Notes under the pieces: generated by a model
Databases searched by the model: none
Seen by the model: the letters and a program-made list of their open reading frames with translations, nothing else
What the model was told of the DNA's origin: nothing
NCBI GenBank assembly: GCA_030141605.1
Contig: JAQGDQ010000175.1
Coordinates: forward strand, 1-64,000
Direction of reading: 5' to 3'
DNA length: 64,000 nucleotides
Source: Tubiluchus corallicola
Taxonomy: Eukaryota > Animalia > Priapulida
In this document: positions 51,025 through 62,736 of the stretch, one piece after another
Numbering within the stretch: position 1 is the stretch's first letter
How the letters are laid out: each line of letters opens with the position of its first letter
Made by a program: the position numbers and the translations under genes

Positions 51025-51984
51025 CAAGTAATATAGATTTTGTTTTAATCTACGCAATTTGATTTCGCTGTAATATTGTTGATTAATATTAGCTACCAAC
51101 CGTATAGTGCATTTAAAATACTAGAAAGTCAAGTTGTGCCATCTGGCGTCAGTAAATACTTAACCTTAATGGAAAGAACAAGTCGCTCAGTATCTTGCGT
51201 TTATTTTACTGTTATCTCTTAAACGTAGAAAAATATAGCAAAGAAATTTGCAAGGAACTGCCCGTAAAACATAAATTTAAAATATGCTACTTCTGAATAG
51301 AAATTTTCAGGCGTCGTGATTGCCGCCATTCACTTGAAAATCATGACATAGCTGGGAGACTTCGTAACTTTTCGTAAGCGCGTCGTGGCTTTCCTTTAAA
51401 CTAATTTAAACCTCTGCAGCTTACCTAATGTTAACGCAAAAATATTACAAAATTAGCTATCTAATTTTTTTGTAAAACCATATTATACTTTTGATGAAAA
51501 TTGATACTGCGCTACTTTTATTCAAGAAGAGTGACGTCGTTGGAAGAAGAATGAGCATTGAAAGTGGGAGCGCCAAAGCATGAAGTGATCGCTATTTTAA
51601 AGTTATTTTACTAGTTACACGAGAAGCTTATTGTAGTTTTAAAGCTAAATCCTTCTAACAGTTTTTGCGAATTTTGAAATAATCTTAATCTCCTAGAAGG
51701 CTTGGCCGTTCCTTTAACGAAAAAAATTGAGTACAGCAGATGAAACTTCCCAAAGCGAGTATTGAGCCTGGTTGTCTCCCATCCAGTTGCTGATCACGCT
51801 AGGCTCTGCTTAACTTCAGGAACTAAGCGCACATAGTAACCACTCGGCTATTTTCGTCGTTAAAACATTTGTTAACACTAGATAATGCTTGATCGGATAA
51901 TTTCGTGTTCTGCGTGAATAATCCAATCTTATGAAATTAGGTATAATGGCTGGTGAAACAATAAACTAATCCAACTATTTACAG

Positions 51985-52260
51985 GAAACACTGCGACTGA
52001 CGTCAGAATTCGACGAAGAGAAAGAAGATGACACGTCAGGCAAGGGTGATGACGATGGCGACAAAGATGATGGTGAGAACAAAGGTAGCAAAGAAAAAGA
52101 AAAGTCTGTCAAGAAGAAAGAGGACACAAAGAAGGAAAGAAAAAATGAGCAGAGCAAAGACAACAAAAAGGAGCATGAAGGAGAGAAAGAAGAGCATAAA
52201 AAAGAAATGAAACAAACAGACAACTTGGAGAAACAGAAAGCAGACTTAAGAGATGAATAA
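51985..52260 (+). CDS. K2P channel exon 5: charged low-complexity C-terminus
   Basis: Acceptor TATTTACAG (phase 0); open frame ETLRLTSEFDEEKEDD...KADLRDE* of 92 codons ending TAA at 52258-52260. Spliced CDS is 1731 nt (576 aa). Confidence 0.72.
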   Translation, partial: ETLRLTSEFDEEKEDDTSGKGDDDGDKDDGENKGSKEKEKSVKKKEDTKKERKNEQSKDNKKEHEGEKEEHKKEMKQTDNLEKQKADLRDE

Positions 52261-55200
52261 AAAGGATGGTTTTAACATTTATAAGAAAAAAAATTTCACT
52301 GCTTTCTTTAAGATTTCCATTGTCTGTTTCCCTTACTATCTTTCTGTGTGTTTTTGTCCCCTGTGTCTTCTGTCTCTCTCTCCCCTCTGTCTCTCTGTCT
52401 GCCTACCCCTCTCTCTCTCTCCCCTCTCTCTCTTTCTCTCCCTGTCCACCCTCTCCCTCCCTCCTGTACATGTGTAATAATCAAATCCCTTCTGTATTTT
52501 TGAATTTTTTTAAATATACGGCCACATTTATGGCGATAATTTATTGGTGATGACATTCACGCACTTTCAAATGTCGTCTCATCAAGAGTGGCAGCTTTGA
52601 AGATTGCTGACCTAATCAAGTCTACAAAGACAATTTTCTATGCGCATAAATCAGTACATTGTTGTACATTACAAAGAAGGAAAAGCAAAAGGTCTGCGAA
52701 AGGTATGCAGTCCGTCACTAAATGTACAAAGTCGGAATGCATCCTGAGAAAAGTTTGTAGGCGTGGGCGTGTGGCAGATACTCTACACACACTAATTATC
52801 AAGATATTTCTAAAAAATACTTTTTTTTGGCTTTATTGTAATGCATTTTCATCAGTAACATCTTTGACAAATACATAGTCTCATAATTTGTAAATTTTTA
52901 CATACTTTTCTACATACTTATATTCACAATTGTAATTTTTGTGTAGGTAACTTTACTTCGCTTGGTCAAATATTACGTATAATGAGTATTAATCACTGTT
53001 AATTGCTATAAATAATGTTGGTGATAAATTGGCGCTGTATTTATGATGTTCAGTGAAAAATAAACGTTTTTAGTGATCATCTTTGACCATTTATTTCTAT
53101 ATAATCCTGTCACACAGTGAAGCTAACTAATCCGAGCAATATTGACATTGACGACTTTTCTTTAGAAAATTTCAGAAAAATAAAATATCGGGCAGGTCCT
53201 TAGTTTCGATCAACAACAACCTTATTTGTGCACGTTACATCTTTTTTAATAACTGGCGTGGATGCTTCGTTTACAACGTCTTACATCCACAAAGTAATTT
53301 TGTGTGACTTGTCAAAATTTATGTGAAAGCAGGCTGGATGTCTTTCGAAACTTTTTAAACCGCTTATTTGGGCAAGCTCAAAATGCATCAAAGTGGAACA
53401 TGTGCAACGCATTAACTTTATTGACAAGTCTACTGCCAACGAGCGATTCAACAAATTATTATTATTCGGTTCTGTAGTTCAACTATCTGCTAGCAAAGTA
53501 CTAACAACATGAAAAGAAATAATATATAAAAATGAAAGCAATAAACTGCAGGCATTAACATAAAAACAATTTAATATTTGTCAAGATATTAAATGCAATG
53601 TATATTATATATACACAGCTTAATTTGTTTTCATAAATTCTAAAAATTAAAAATACCATTAATTAAACAGCAATTTGTTTTTATTAATTTAAACTAGAAA
53701 ACTGTTTATGAGAAAGTCATCAACTGAAGATTCTGCAATATGTTCTGCAGGTGTAATGTAACGTGAGTGTATCAACCGAGAAGTAAGTTTCATAAACCAA
53801 TCTGCTCTTTCATTCAGATCACTTGCAAGTCAAACACTAAAAAGTCGGGAAACGTGCTAGAGTGCATTACATAGCTCAAGTACGCGCATTGGTTAAAACA
53901 CAATTGGAGTCGCAATTTCAATCTTACCTAGTCCCGTAAAATTTAAAGGACAACCTAAAGAAATAGCGTCTAAAAAACAACTTAAGGGAATAAAAAAGAC
54001 CGGGCTGCGGTCGCCATTTAAGGTCACAGATGCCGAGTTGACGTCTGTCTCGAATATTTACTTTTTTAGTTTCAAACGAAACTCCTTTCCGTAATTTTTT
54101 AAAATTAGTGTTTTATATCAAGTAATGGTGTAATATTTCAGAGTATTCGTGAACTCCTATTCTAACGTTGCTGACCTATCATTACCATTACCGTCGCCAG
54201 GTCTGTAGCTCGAAAATTCTAATCTAACCGCCCATACTTTGTTTCCAGACGTTTCGATGACAAAAACTTTCATCATTGTTTAAGGTGTAAAATCTCCTCG
54301 TCACCAGTCCAATAGTTTCGGATTCAATTCCCGAATAAATGTTTAACATAACTTGTAAAGTTCATTAAATCTGGCTTGTCATAAACTCACAGTTTGATGA
54401 ATGGCAGCGCAGCAGCAGTCTAATTTGTTAGTTTTCTTTAAATAATTAATTAGTTTTCTTCTGCTGAATTGACATAAGTAGCGCTGATTGACTGCGTGTC
54501 ATAAGGACAAAACTCGAGACTTGCTTTGTCGTTCAAAGTTCGCAGCTTCTCAGTGGTTCTCTCTTCAACTCATTAGTCATTCGGTTAGCCAACTCCTTAG
54601 TCATTAGCTACTCATGTTTTCCATAGGCTATTACATTAAAGTTCAATGTTAAGTTGTATTCAACTAGTTTGATAAATTAGTTAATTAATTAATTTTACCT
54701 TCTTTAAATGGATACAGGCGCAACTTGTTTGTGTGCAGAATACAAGCCTGCTTAGTCAGCCTCATAGGCTTGTTCTCTGCAGATTAGTGATGAGCTTTGT
54801 TTGCAAGGTCCCGGTTCAATTTCTGACTGGTTTCAGAATTTTTTTGGCAAATTACGTTATAAATAATGTTGTCTGTTCACGATACTATGTTCAGTTGTGT
54901 TTAGCTGTAATTTATCTATTAACTCACAATGAACAGTTAAAGTTTTTTGACTTGCAAGAAAAATATTGCAAGATTTTTTCCAGGTACTCAGAATAGTCAC
55001 AGCAAACAATGCACAGACTTGATGCCTTTTAAGCGTAAAAAAACCGAATTTAGATAAACGTGCACTATAGACAATGGTTGAAAGAAGCTGCTCTATTGTA
55101 CTGCTGCTGCACGAATACATCCAGCGGCAGAACTTTTGATGAAACACTGATAAATAAAAACTAAACTAAGCCATCAGTAAATAAGTCAAAGCATTGCTGT

Positions 55201-55451
55201 AAAAAAACCTAAAATTCTTTCACCATTTGTTCAAAATTGAAAACGCGAATTGGAATGGATCGTTGATCCTTTTTTGTATTTCTACACTGTTTTTATCAAA
55301 ACTCTCTATTATATGGAGTTAGTATTCCGTAATACTATTTAAAGACCTATTAGTAGTTCTCTCCGTACCTATTAGTGACTGCATACTGTCCATGGATTTC
55401 TTTGTTATTTATCCGTTTTGCTTTGACAGAACAAAATGTACAAAGATTCTA

Positions 55452-55632
55452 CATTTAAAATATAACACTATCAGAATGTAATTTTCTAGGCATTGTAAGT
55501 ATTTGCGAGGTCTTTCATTTGCAGTCTTAATGTCCGAGGCGAAACAGAAGGCGGGGCCACAAGGGCCTGCAAGTGAAAGGCCTCTGGCCGCAAAATATTC
55601 ACAATGCCTAGAAAACTAGGGTTATTTTAATG
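55452..55632. mobile_element. Palindromic non-autonomous element, Crypton-like
   Basis: Inverted arms TTTTCTAGGCATTGT..TTTGCG..AGGTCTTTCATTTGCAG / CTGCAAGTGAAAGGCCT..CGCAAA..ACAATGCCTAGAAAA. The central CCGAGGCGAA resembles the CCGAGGCGAAGCCGAGG core of Crypton-type repeats. Confidence 0.5.
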
Positions 55633-56014
55633 CAGAGTTAAGCAAGAAAATCAATTTACGTATTACTGATTGCTGCTCAAGAAACTAGGTGAAATTGGCA
55701 GATATTAGTAACAATTACTATGCATTACTTTAGTAGCTTAAACATCGTATTTTTGCATACTAATCTGCAGTAACTTGTACTGTGACCTGTTTCATTTAGT
55801 TTTAGTACACTAACATGCCTTTTGGAAGTGCTATCTTTTTAGCATATTGACAAACGGACTAATTCCCATGGTTACTGACTAAAATTATGTCTTTTTAAGC
55901 TTTTACATACCTGAATTTAGATAAACGTGTACTGTAGACAGAATTATTGAAAATGTTGCTCTAAATATTGCTGATGCACGAATTCACACTGAGGTAGAGA
56001 GTAGTAACGAGATC

Positions 56015-56066
56015 ATGCCTAGAATCATGTATGCACTAACTATAATAATTGCGTCTTCAGTTGCAG
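56015..56066 (+). CDS. S1A serine protease exon 1 (signal peptide)
   Basis: MPRIMYALTIIIASSVA-G; donor CAG|GTAAGA phase 1 matches the next exon. Too short for the ORF track. Confidence 0.72.
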
Positions 56067-56794
56067 GTAAGACGGTTTTTAATTACCAAGGTAATCAATT
56101 ACATGACTTTCCCTGTGTGCAATTTTAAGTGCTGTTAGTGATATCATAATATTATATGTCCTACATGTGTTTTGCAAACGAAACTATTTCTGCTGCAGAA
56201 ATAGGAGATAGTTCTGCTTTCTTTATATAGCCATGTAAACTTACGTAGCAATTTTCGTAGTTATGACGAACAGCCAAGAACATGACGGAAATACCGAAAA
56301 AGACTAGGCGTAAGCTCTTTTTGTTTTTGACTCGTTTCTTATTGTTTTTGAAGCGTTAAATCGCATAAAATGTTTTGCTTGACAAATGGAAAACATAAAA
56401 CTTTTATAGTGCATTGAAGTATATAAAGCCAAAAACGCTATCGCAAATGTTGGTGTTTTAATTATCGCAAATATTTTGGTAGTATACAGCAAGTTATTGA
56501 CTTATCGCTGGTCTTGAGTTGCTAAACAGCTTGTGGGTTATGGATTATGGAATATGATTATAGAATATGGCGACAAGGACAATTTCCAGATTTTGGCCAG
56601 ATACTGACAGAACTACAGAAGTCACTTGCCTGATATTTTATGAAAAAGATCTGGTAATCAAATGACTTTATAAAGCCACTGTCATGTTTAAGTGACACTT
56701 TCATATGAATCTGTGATCCCTTGGACCAAGGTTGACTGCGTAGCATTACTAAATGTGTTACATCATCTTATAGCTTCTTCTGCTGTCTTTCTAG

Positions 56795-56892
56795 GCGTAT
56801 TTTCATGTGGAACACCATATTATGAGCCTGAACTTAGCAGTACCAGAATTGTTGGAGGAAAAGAAGCAGTCAAACATTCTTGGCCCTGGATG
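56795..56892 (+). CDS. S1A serine protease exon 2 (propeptide and activation site)
   Basis: Acceptor CTTTCTAG (phase 1); VFSCGTPYYEPELSSTR|IVGGKEAVKHSWPWM; donor ATG|GTTTGT phase 0. Confidence 0.9.
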
Positions 56893-57340
56893 GTTTGTAT
56901 GAATAATAGAACGATGCCTTGAATAGCTAAAGTAAGAAATGTATAGATAAGAAATGATAAAATAATGATTACGATGATGGCAGTGATGGCAGTGATTATG
57001 ACGATGATGATGATAATGATGACGACGATAAGAATGATGAGGGACCTTAACTAACTTGAAAGGAAAGCTAGCGTTTGACAATTCTCCTACCGTTGCGTAC
57101 TCTCTTACAGCTAACTGCTACTGCTGAGTAAAAATAAACAACCAATTACCATTTTTGACAGGTCAATAATTTCGTAACCTGTGTTGTTGTTGTTGCTTGT
57201 TCTTGTAATCATTGTCATCGATGACATCATGCTGATGTTGGGATACTCTGGTCTGGATGAGATAGTCAAAATATTTGGCCGGCGCAAGGAACTAAAGCCG
57301 TTTTACAGCAATGTGCTCATAAGGCTTATAAGTCAACTTC

Positions 57341-57520
57341 TACCGTTGAGTGTATTCAAATGCAGTGGTAAATCACTAGTTGCGGATAAGTGGCTCTGAC
57401 TGATTGTGACTTGTTAGGGTGAAATCTCAGACCAGCTCTCCTGTATGAGTCAGTACTTCAATTGAGAAGAGCACGCGTCCTAGCATCCCGAAGTTTTGGA
57501 TTCAAGTCCTAACTGACTCA
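57341..57520. mobile_element. Back-to-back decayed tRNA-like pair (pseudo-tRNA or SINE-like heads)
   Basis: 57447-57520 is 74 nt with acceptor stem GAGTCAG/CTGACTC-A and T-arm TTGGA-TTCAAGT-CCTAA. 57341-57411 reads as an antisense tRNA-like sequence (GTATTCAAAT; GCTCTGACTGATTGTGACT). D and anticodon arms are broken. Confidence 0.5.
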
Positions 57521-57979
57521 CAATCTTTCAGCGCCTCTTCAATTAATTAGCTGTTTGGCCAATTGTTATAAGCCTGTTGCCTTATTAATGTGCGGCGTAA
57601 GAATCATTTTAGTATGCGCGTCATAGAAATTATTCGCAAAGATATTTTATATAAAACAGACCTGTGTAAAAAAATGTTCAATACTAACTATAGTTATGTG
57701 TTTGAAAACAAAATTAATGAATTAAACCTACTTTGCACTATAAGGACAGGCTTGTTAAGATGAATGCCTACCTAGACCCTAACAAGCCGTCTCTTAATGT
57801 ACAAAGTAGTTCAATTCCATTAACTTATAAGTTCCTAATATAAAAAGTATCTATTAACTCTACGTAATATTTACGCTGTACTTTAATTGTGCTCCATGTC
57901 TCGCTCTATATAGCCTATATTTTTAAGTTAATAAAAATATTTTTTCCAGAAAAAAGGCTTAACAATATATTTTTTGCAG

Positions 57980-58065
57980 GTCACGTTAAGGCAGTCAGGC
58001 ACTCACGTTTGTGCTGGGATCATTATTGACCCACAGTTTGTGTTAACTGCTGCTCATTGCGTATT
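57980..58065 (+). CDS. S1A serine protease exon 3 (catalytic His)
   Basis: Acceptor TTTTTGCAG; VTLRQSGTHVCAGIIIDPQFVLTAAHCV; donor TT|GTAAGC phase 2. Confidence 0.92.
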
Positions 58066-58655
58066 GTAAGCTCACTTTTCTATTTGCATCTATTTACAGT
58101 TTTACTATATATATAATTATGAGAAAATATACATAACAAATATTTGAGAAGCTCTTGACACAATAAACACCTGCTATACAGCAAAGCCAGAATACCTAAG
58201 AGCGGCTCGCAGATACCAGACAAGAAAACAGGTAATTTAGATGAGCACCGTGCATCACGCTGTGACCTAAAAGTAACTTTTTCTAAAAAAAAATTAAGAA
58301 AAGACAAGTCATATTCAACCAGTTACGAGCACACAAAATCCACTTTTGGCAGCTATTGATTCACCCTAAACAGCAACAGTGACCTTTGTAAATGTGAAGT
58401 CTTTAAACAAAATGTAAAGTCGACGCTGAAATCCTTCACAAAATCTTGAAAAAAACACCGAGAGTTTAGCCTGGTCGATCACTTAGATGCTCTTGATTTG
58501 GAAGCAGCCATGATCTCAGTAGCTTAGAAGCAGGCAGACATCCGGATCAGAACTAAATAACTGGAAATCACTGAGTCCGGTGGAAATCACTTTCGTAATG
58601 TTTTACTAATTTTAGGTGAGGAATGCAGATATTGCTGGAATACATTGTGTAGCTA

Positions 58656-59614
58656 CTGTAGGCGCCGCTTAATAGACACACGGTTAATAGACTCAGTCGC
58701 TTAATTGACTCAAAAATGCCTGCAACGGACCGCTTCTAAAAATAAACTATCGGTTGACTCAAATAACTCCGCATAATTGACTCAATATTTTTTCTTCACT
58801 ACTTAAAATAAGATATTTGTATGTGCCAAAAGAGCCTTTCCTACTTTTATGTCATCTTTACTTCCCTTTTGTGCACTATGTATGCAGAAACAATCATGTT
58901 AAGTACCATTTTGTTTATAAGCAGGTATGCTTATCATGCACTAATACGCTGGCGTAGCGGTTTGGCTTTGAATCTGTTACCTGCTCGCCCACTGTTACCC
59001 AAAGAATTTCTGGAAGTTAAACATTTAATCACTTGCCTAGCGGTTTCCTTTTGATGCTGTCGTTGCAAATCACATTTTCAGGCTTAATCACTTAACAGTT
59101 AAAGATGCAGTTACAGTATAATCAGCGGGTATTCCTTGTGACTTACCTAAACATCGTATAGCAAATACGGGCAATGTATTGAATGTAAGTGAGCAGACTA
59201 TTCAGAACTGTTTTAGTCACACACAACAACAGATTTTCAACGTTTTTATAATTACGAGAACTTTGTGGGCCAACTTCCTCGCGAGAAAATGAAGCAGCCG
59301 ACTTTGAAGGGATTTTTGTAATTTTTGCAAATAAACAGACTTGTGTGATTTCGGAAAGTATACTTTTTAATTTATTGCTAATTCACTTATATAAATTAAT
59401 ATTTTAAAATATTTTTTCTAATTTTTAACTGCACAAAGGAATTTAGGGATTAGTTCGTTTCTAAAATTCATTAAAAACCTTTGCAGTGCATAGTAAGGTG
59501 ATGACTCATACTTTCTATACCTGTAATACTACACCCATCGGTTAATAGGGTCAGTCGGTTAATTGGGTCAAAGGACTTCGGTCCCAAAGTGAGTCTATTA
59601 AGCGGCGCCTACTG
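58656..59614 (+). mobile_element. pogo/Tigger-type internally deleted DNA transposon (959 bp)
   Basis: TA flanks both ends. 24-bp TIRs CTGTAGGCGCCGCTTAATAGACAC and reverse-complement CAGTAGGCGCCGCTTAATAGACTC match 22/24. Sub-terminal CGGTTAAT repeats. Transposase remnants LTVKDAV (59092) and NVSEQTIQNCF (59182). Confidence 0.85.
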
Positions 59615-60074
59615 TAATAAAAAAGCTGCTAACAAGCACCCAATCCTATCATATTACGTACGTAGCGTTGAAATGTAGCTAATGTCATTACCTCAGACCT
59701 GTTGATAATCATTGGAGTACTCTGCAAGATCAATTGCTTAAGATGTGGTACATCCAAACATGATGGTCATTAATTCAATTCTGCAAAAAAATCAGTCCTG
59801 GGCATACCGTGTAATGCATTTGTTAGGTGCTTGAATTAAGGTGCTTTCCTTTTTAATTTTTTGTCGGTGGTTTCATCCATCAATTATGGAAAACCTGCAT
59901 ACAAGAGAGACACAAAGCTAGGAGTGTCACGCATTTGCTCTTAAATCCCAATTCGCTTGGTAACGTTGTTTAATGGTGTCTGAAAACACAACGTTAAGCT
60001 TCCATGTCCAGCCTTAATAGATAAACGATGATTTTGTAATTAAGATAGTTTTCAAACAAAATCTTCTTGACTTA

Positions 60075-61186
<1,112 letters not shown>

Positions 61187-61307
61187 CTGAATGTGTCAAA
61201 AACGTTCGCTGTCGTTAGATTACTGTATGCTAGACAGTGAGGTTACTAAAGAGCAATTTTTCAGGACTTGCTAATCTTTATTAAGAACGAAATTTTGTCC
61301 TTGCAAG

Positions 61308-61407
61308 GTCTATTGGAGATATCCGTCTTTGGACAGTAATCGCTGGAAGACACAATAACTCACCAGGTACTAATGAAGCCACTGAACAAGACGTTGCAAT
61401 TTCACAG
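61308..61407 (+). CDS. S1A serine protease exon 4
   Basis: Acceptor TCCTTGCAAG (AAG, phase 2); L-SIGDIRLWTVIAGRHNNSPGTNEATEQDVAISQ; donor CAG|GTAACT phase 0. Confidence 0.82.
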
Positions 61408-61677
61408 GTAACTGTCTGACTCAGCTTTTTACAATTACAAGAAGCAGAGTAAATTACAGGATCACTGTAATTTGTGCCACGTTTTGTTACTAATCTAGCA
61501 GGTTTACTGTTCGTCTATTTTTTTCGCCAAGCTTTTGAACAAAATCATTTTGCCACGCATGTAATTGTAAAATTCGCTACTGCTTTTGGACTATTTACTA
61601 ATGGGGCGCTGTGCTTTGCTTTACGTATTTTATGTATTTACCAACAAGTTTACTAATACTGCACAACGTTGCTGCAG

Positions 61678-61852
61678 ATTAAAATACACGAAAGTTTTGA
61701 CACAATAAGGAACGACAACGATATAGCATTGATAAAACTATCCACACCTCTCGCTCCTAACAAGTACGTGCAGCCTGTGTGCCTCCCGCCTCAAGGCGAT
61801 GATCCCAAATCAACTGCGGTGATGTATCTCAGTGGATGGGGTGACACTAGAG
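61678..61852 (+). CDS. S1A serine protease exon 5 (catalytic Asp)
   Basis: Acceptor CTGCAG; IKIHESF...NDIALIKL...VQPVCLP...LSGWGDTR; donor AG|GTAATT phase 1. Confidence 0.92.
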
Positions 61853-62593
61853 GTAATTATGATTTAAAGAATTTATCATAGAATTTGCATTTAATAGATT
61901 TGCAAGTTAATTTTAACAGTTGAACCTACGAAAAACGTAATGTTATTAAATTGCCCATTGCTAAAGGTACAGATCAATGACGTGTCAATTGTCAAAACAA
62001 TGACGTTTGGCTACAACAGTTAAAGTTAAACGGGAAAAAAGGCTATTTTAAAGTATGTCCTAAAAAACTTCCTACATAAAGCTATATTACTTTGTATTAC
62101 GCTTACCAGTTTGAAAGATTTAAGTAATTAGAAAAAAATTCTAATGTGTGTACCACTCAGTCACCAAAAAACACATTATTCATCTTAAAGTAATTTACGT
62201 TTTTGCTTAGTTACTGAAAAGTGTGATACGAATACTCTAATTATTTATTTTTTCAAACTTTATGCAATGTTATCTAAACTGATTTCAAATGACTTATCCT
62301 TAAAATGGCTGGGTGTAATGGTCATCGCGGATTACTGTGCGCAACAGGATTGCATGTAAGTGATATAAAATTTTAGGAAGAATATTTTAAACTTTATTAA
62401 CTAAGAGTGTTTTCTTGTGTTTTAACTTAAAAGCACAATCGCAAGACATATTTTAAAATCACAACTATGATTATACCAGCGGCCTCAACATGCTATTACC
62501 AAAAGCAAGTTTAAAACAAACTATATGAACAAACTTGAACTTGCTCAATCAGTAAGTTATGTTAAAAAAATTGTTTATGACTATGACTTGTAG

Positions 62594-62736
62594 ATGAATA
62601 TGACTTCAACCTTAAACAAGCTCAGCTGCCCATCATTGATAGAGATAGGTGTAACAGCGATGAATCATATAATGGCGCTGTCAGCACTAGTATGTTTTGT
62701 GCCGGATATCTTGAAGGCGGTGATAGTCATTGCCAG
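62594..62736 (+). CDS. S1A serine protease exon 6 (up to C191-Q192; GDSGGP exon beyond the window)
   Basis: Acceptor TTGTAG (phase 1); D-EYDFNLKQAQLPIIDRDRCNSDESYNGAVSTSMFCAGYLEGGDSHCQ; donor CAG|GTAAGC. Confidence 0.9.

Noticed and set aside
52028-52210. 60-aa Lys/Arg-rich ORF
   Set aside because: Alternative frame of K2P exon 5. The splice phase selects the acidic/Lys frame that ends at 52260.
57447-57520. Functional tRNA gene
   Set aside because: D-stem and anticodon stem are mispaired, G53 is replaced and the anticodon is ambiguous. Kept only as a tRNA-like relic.
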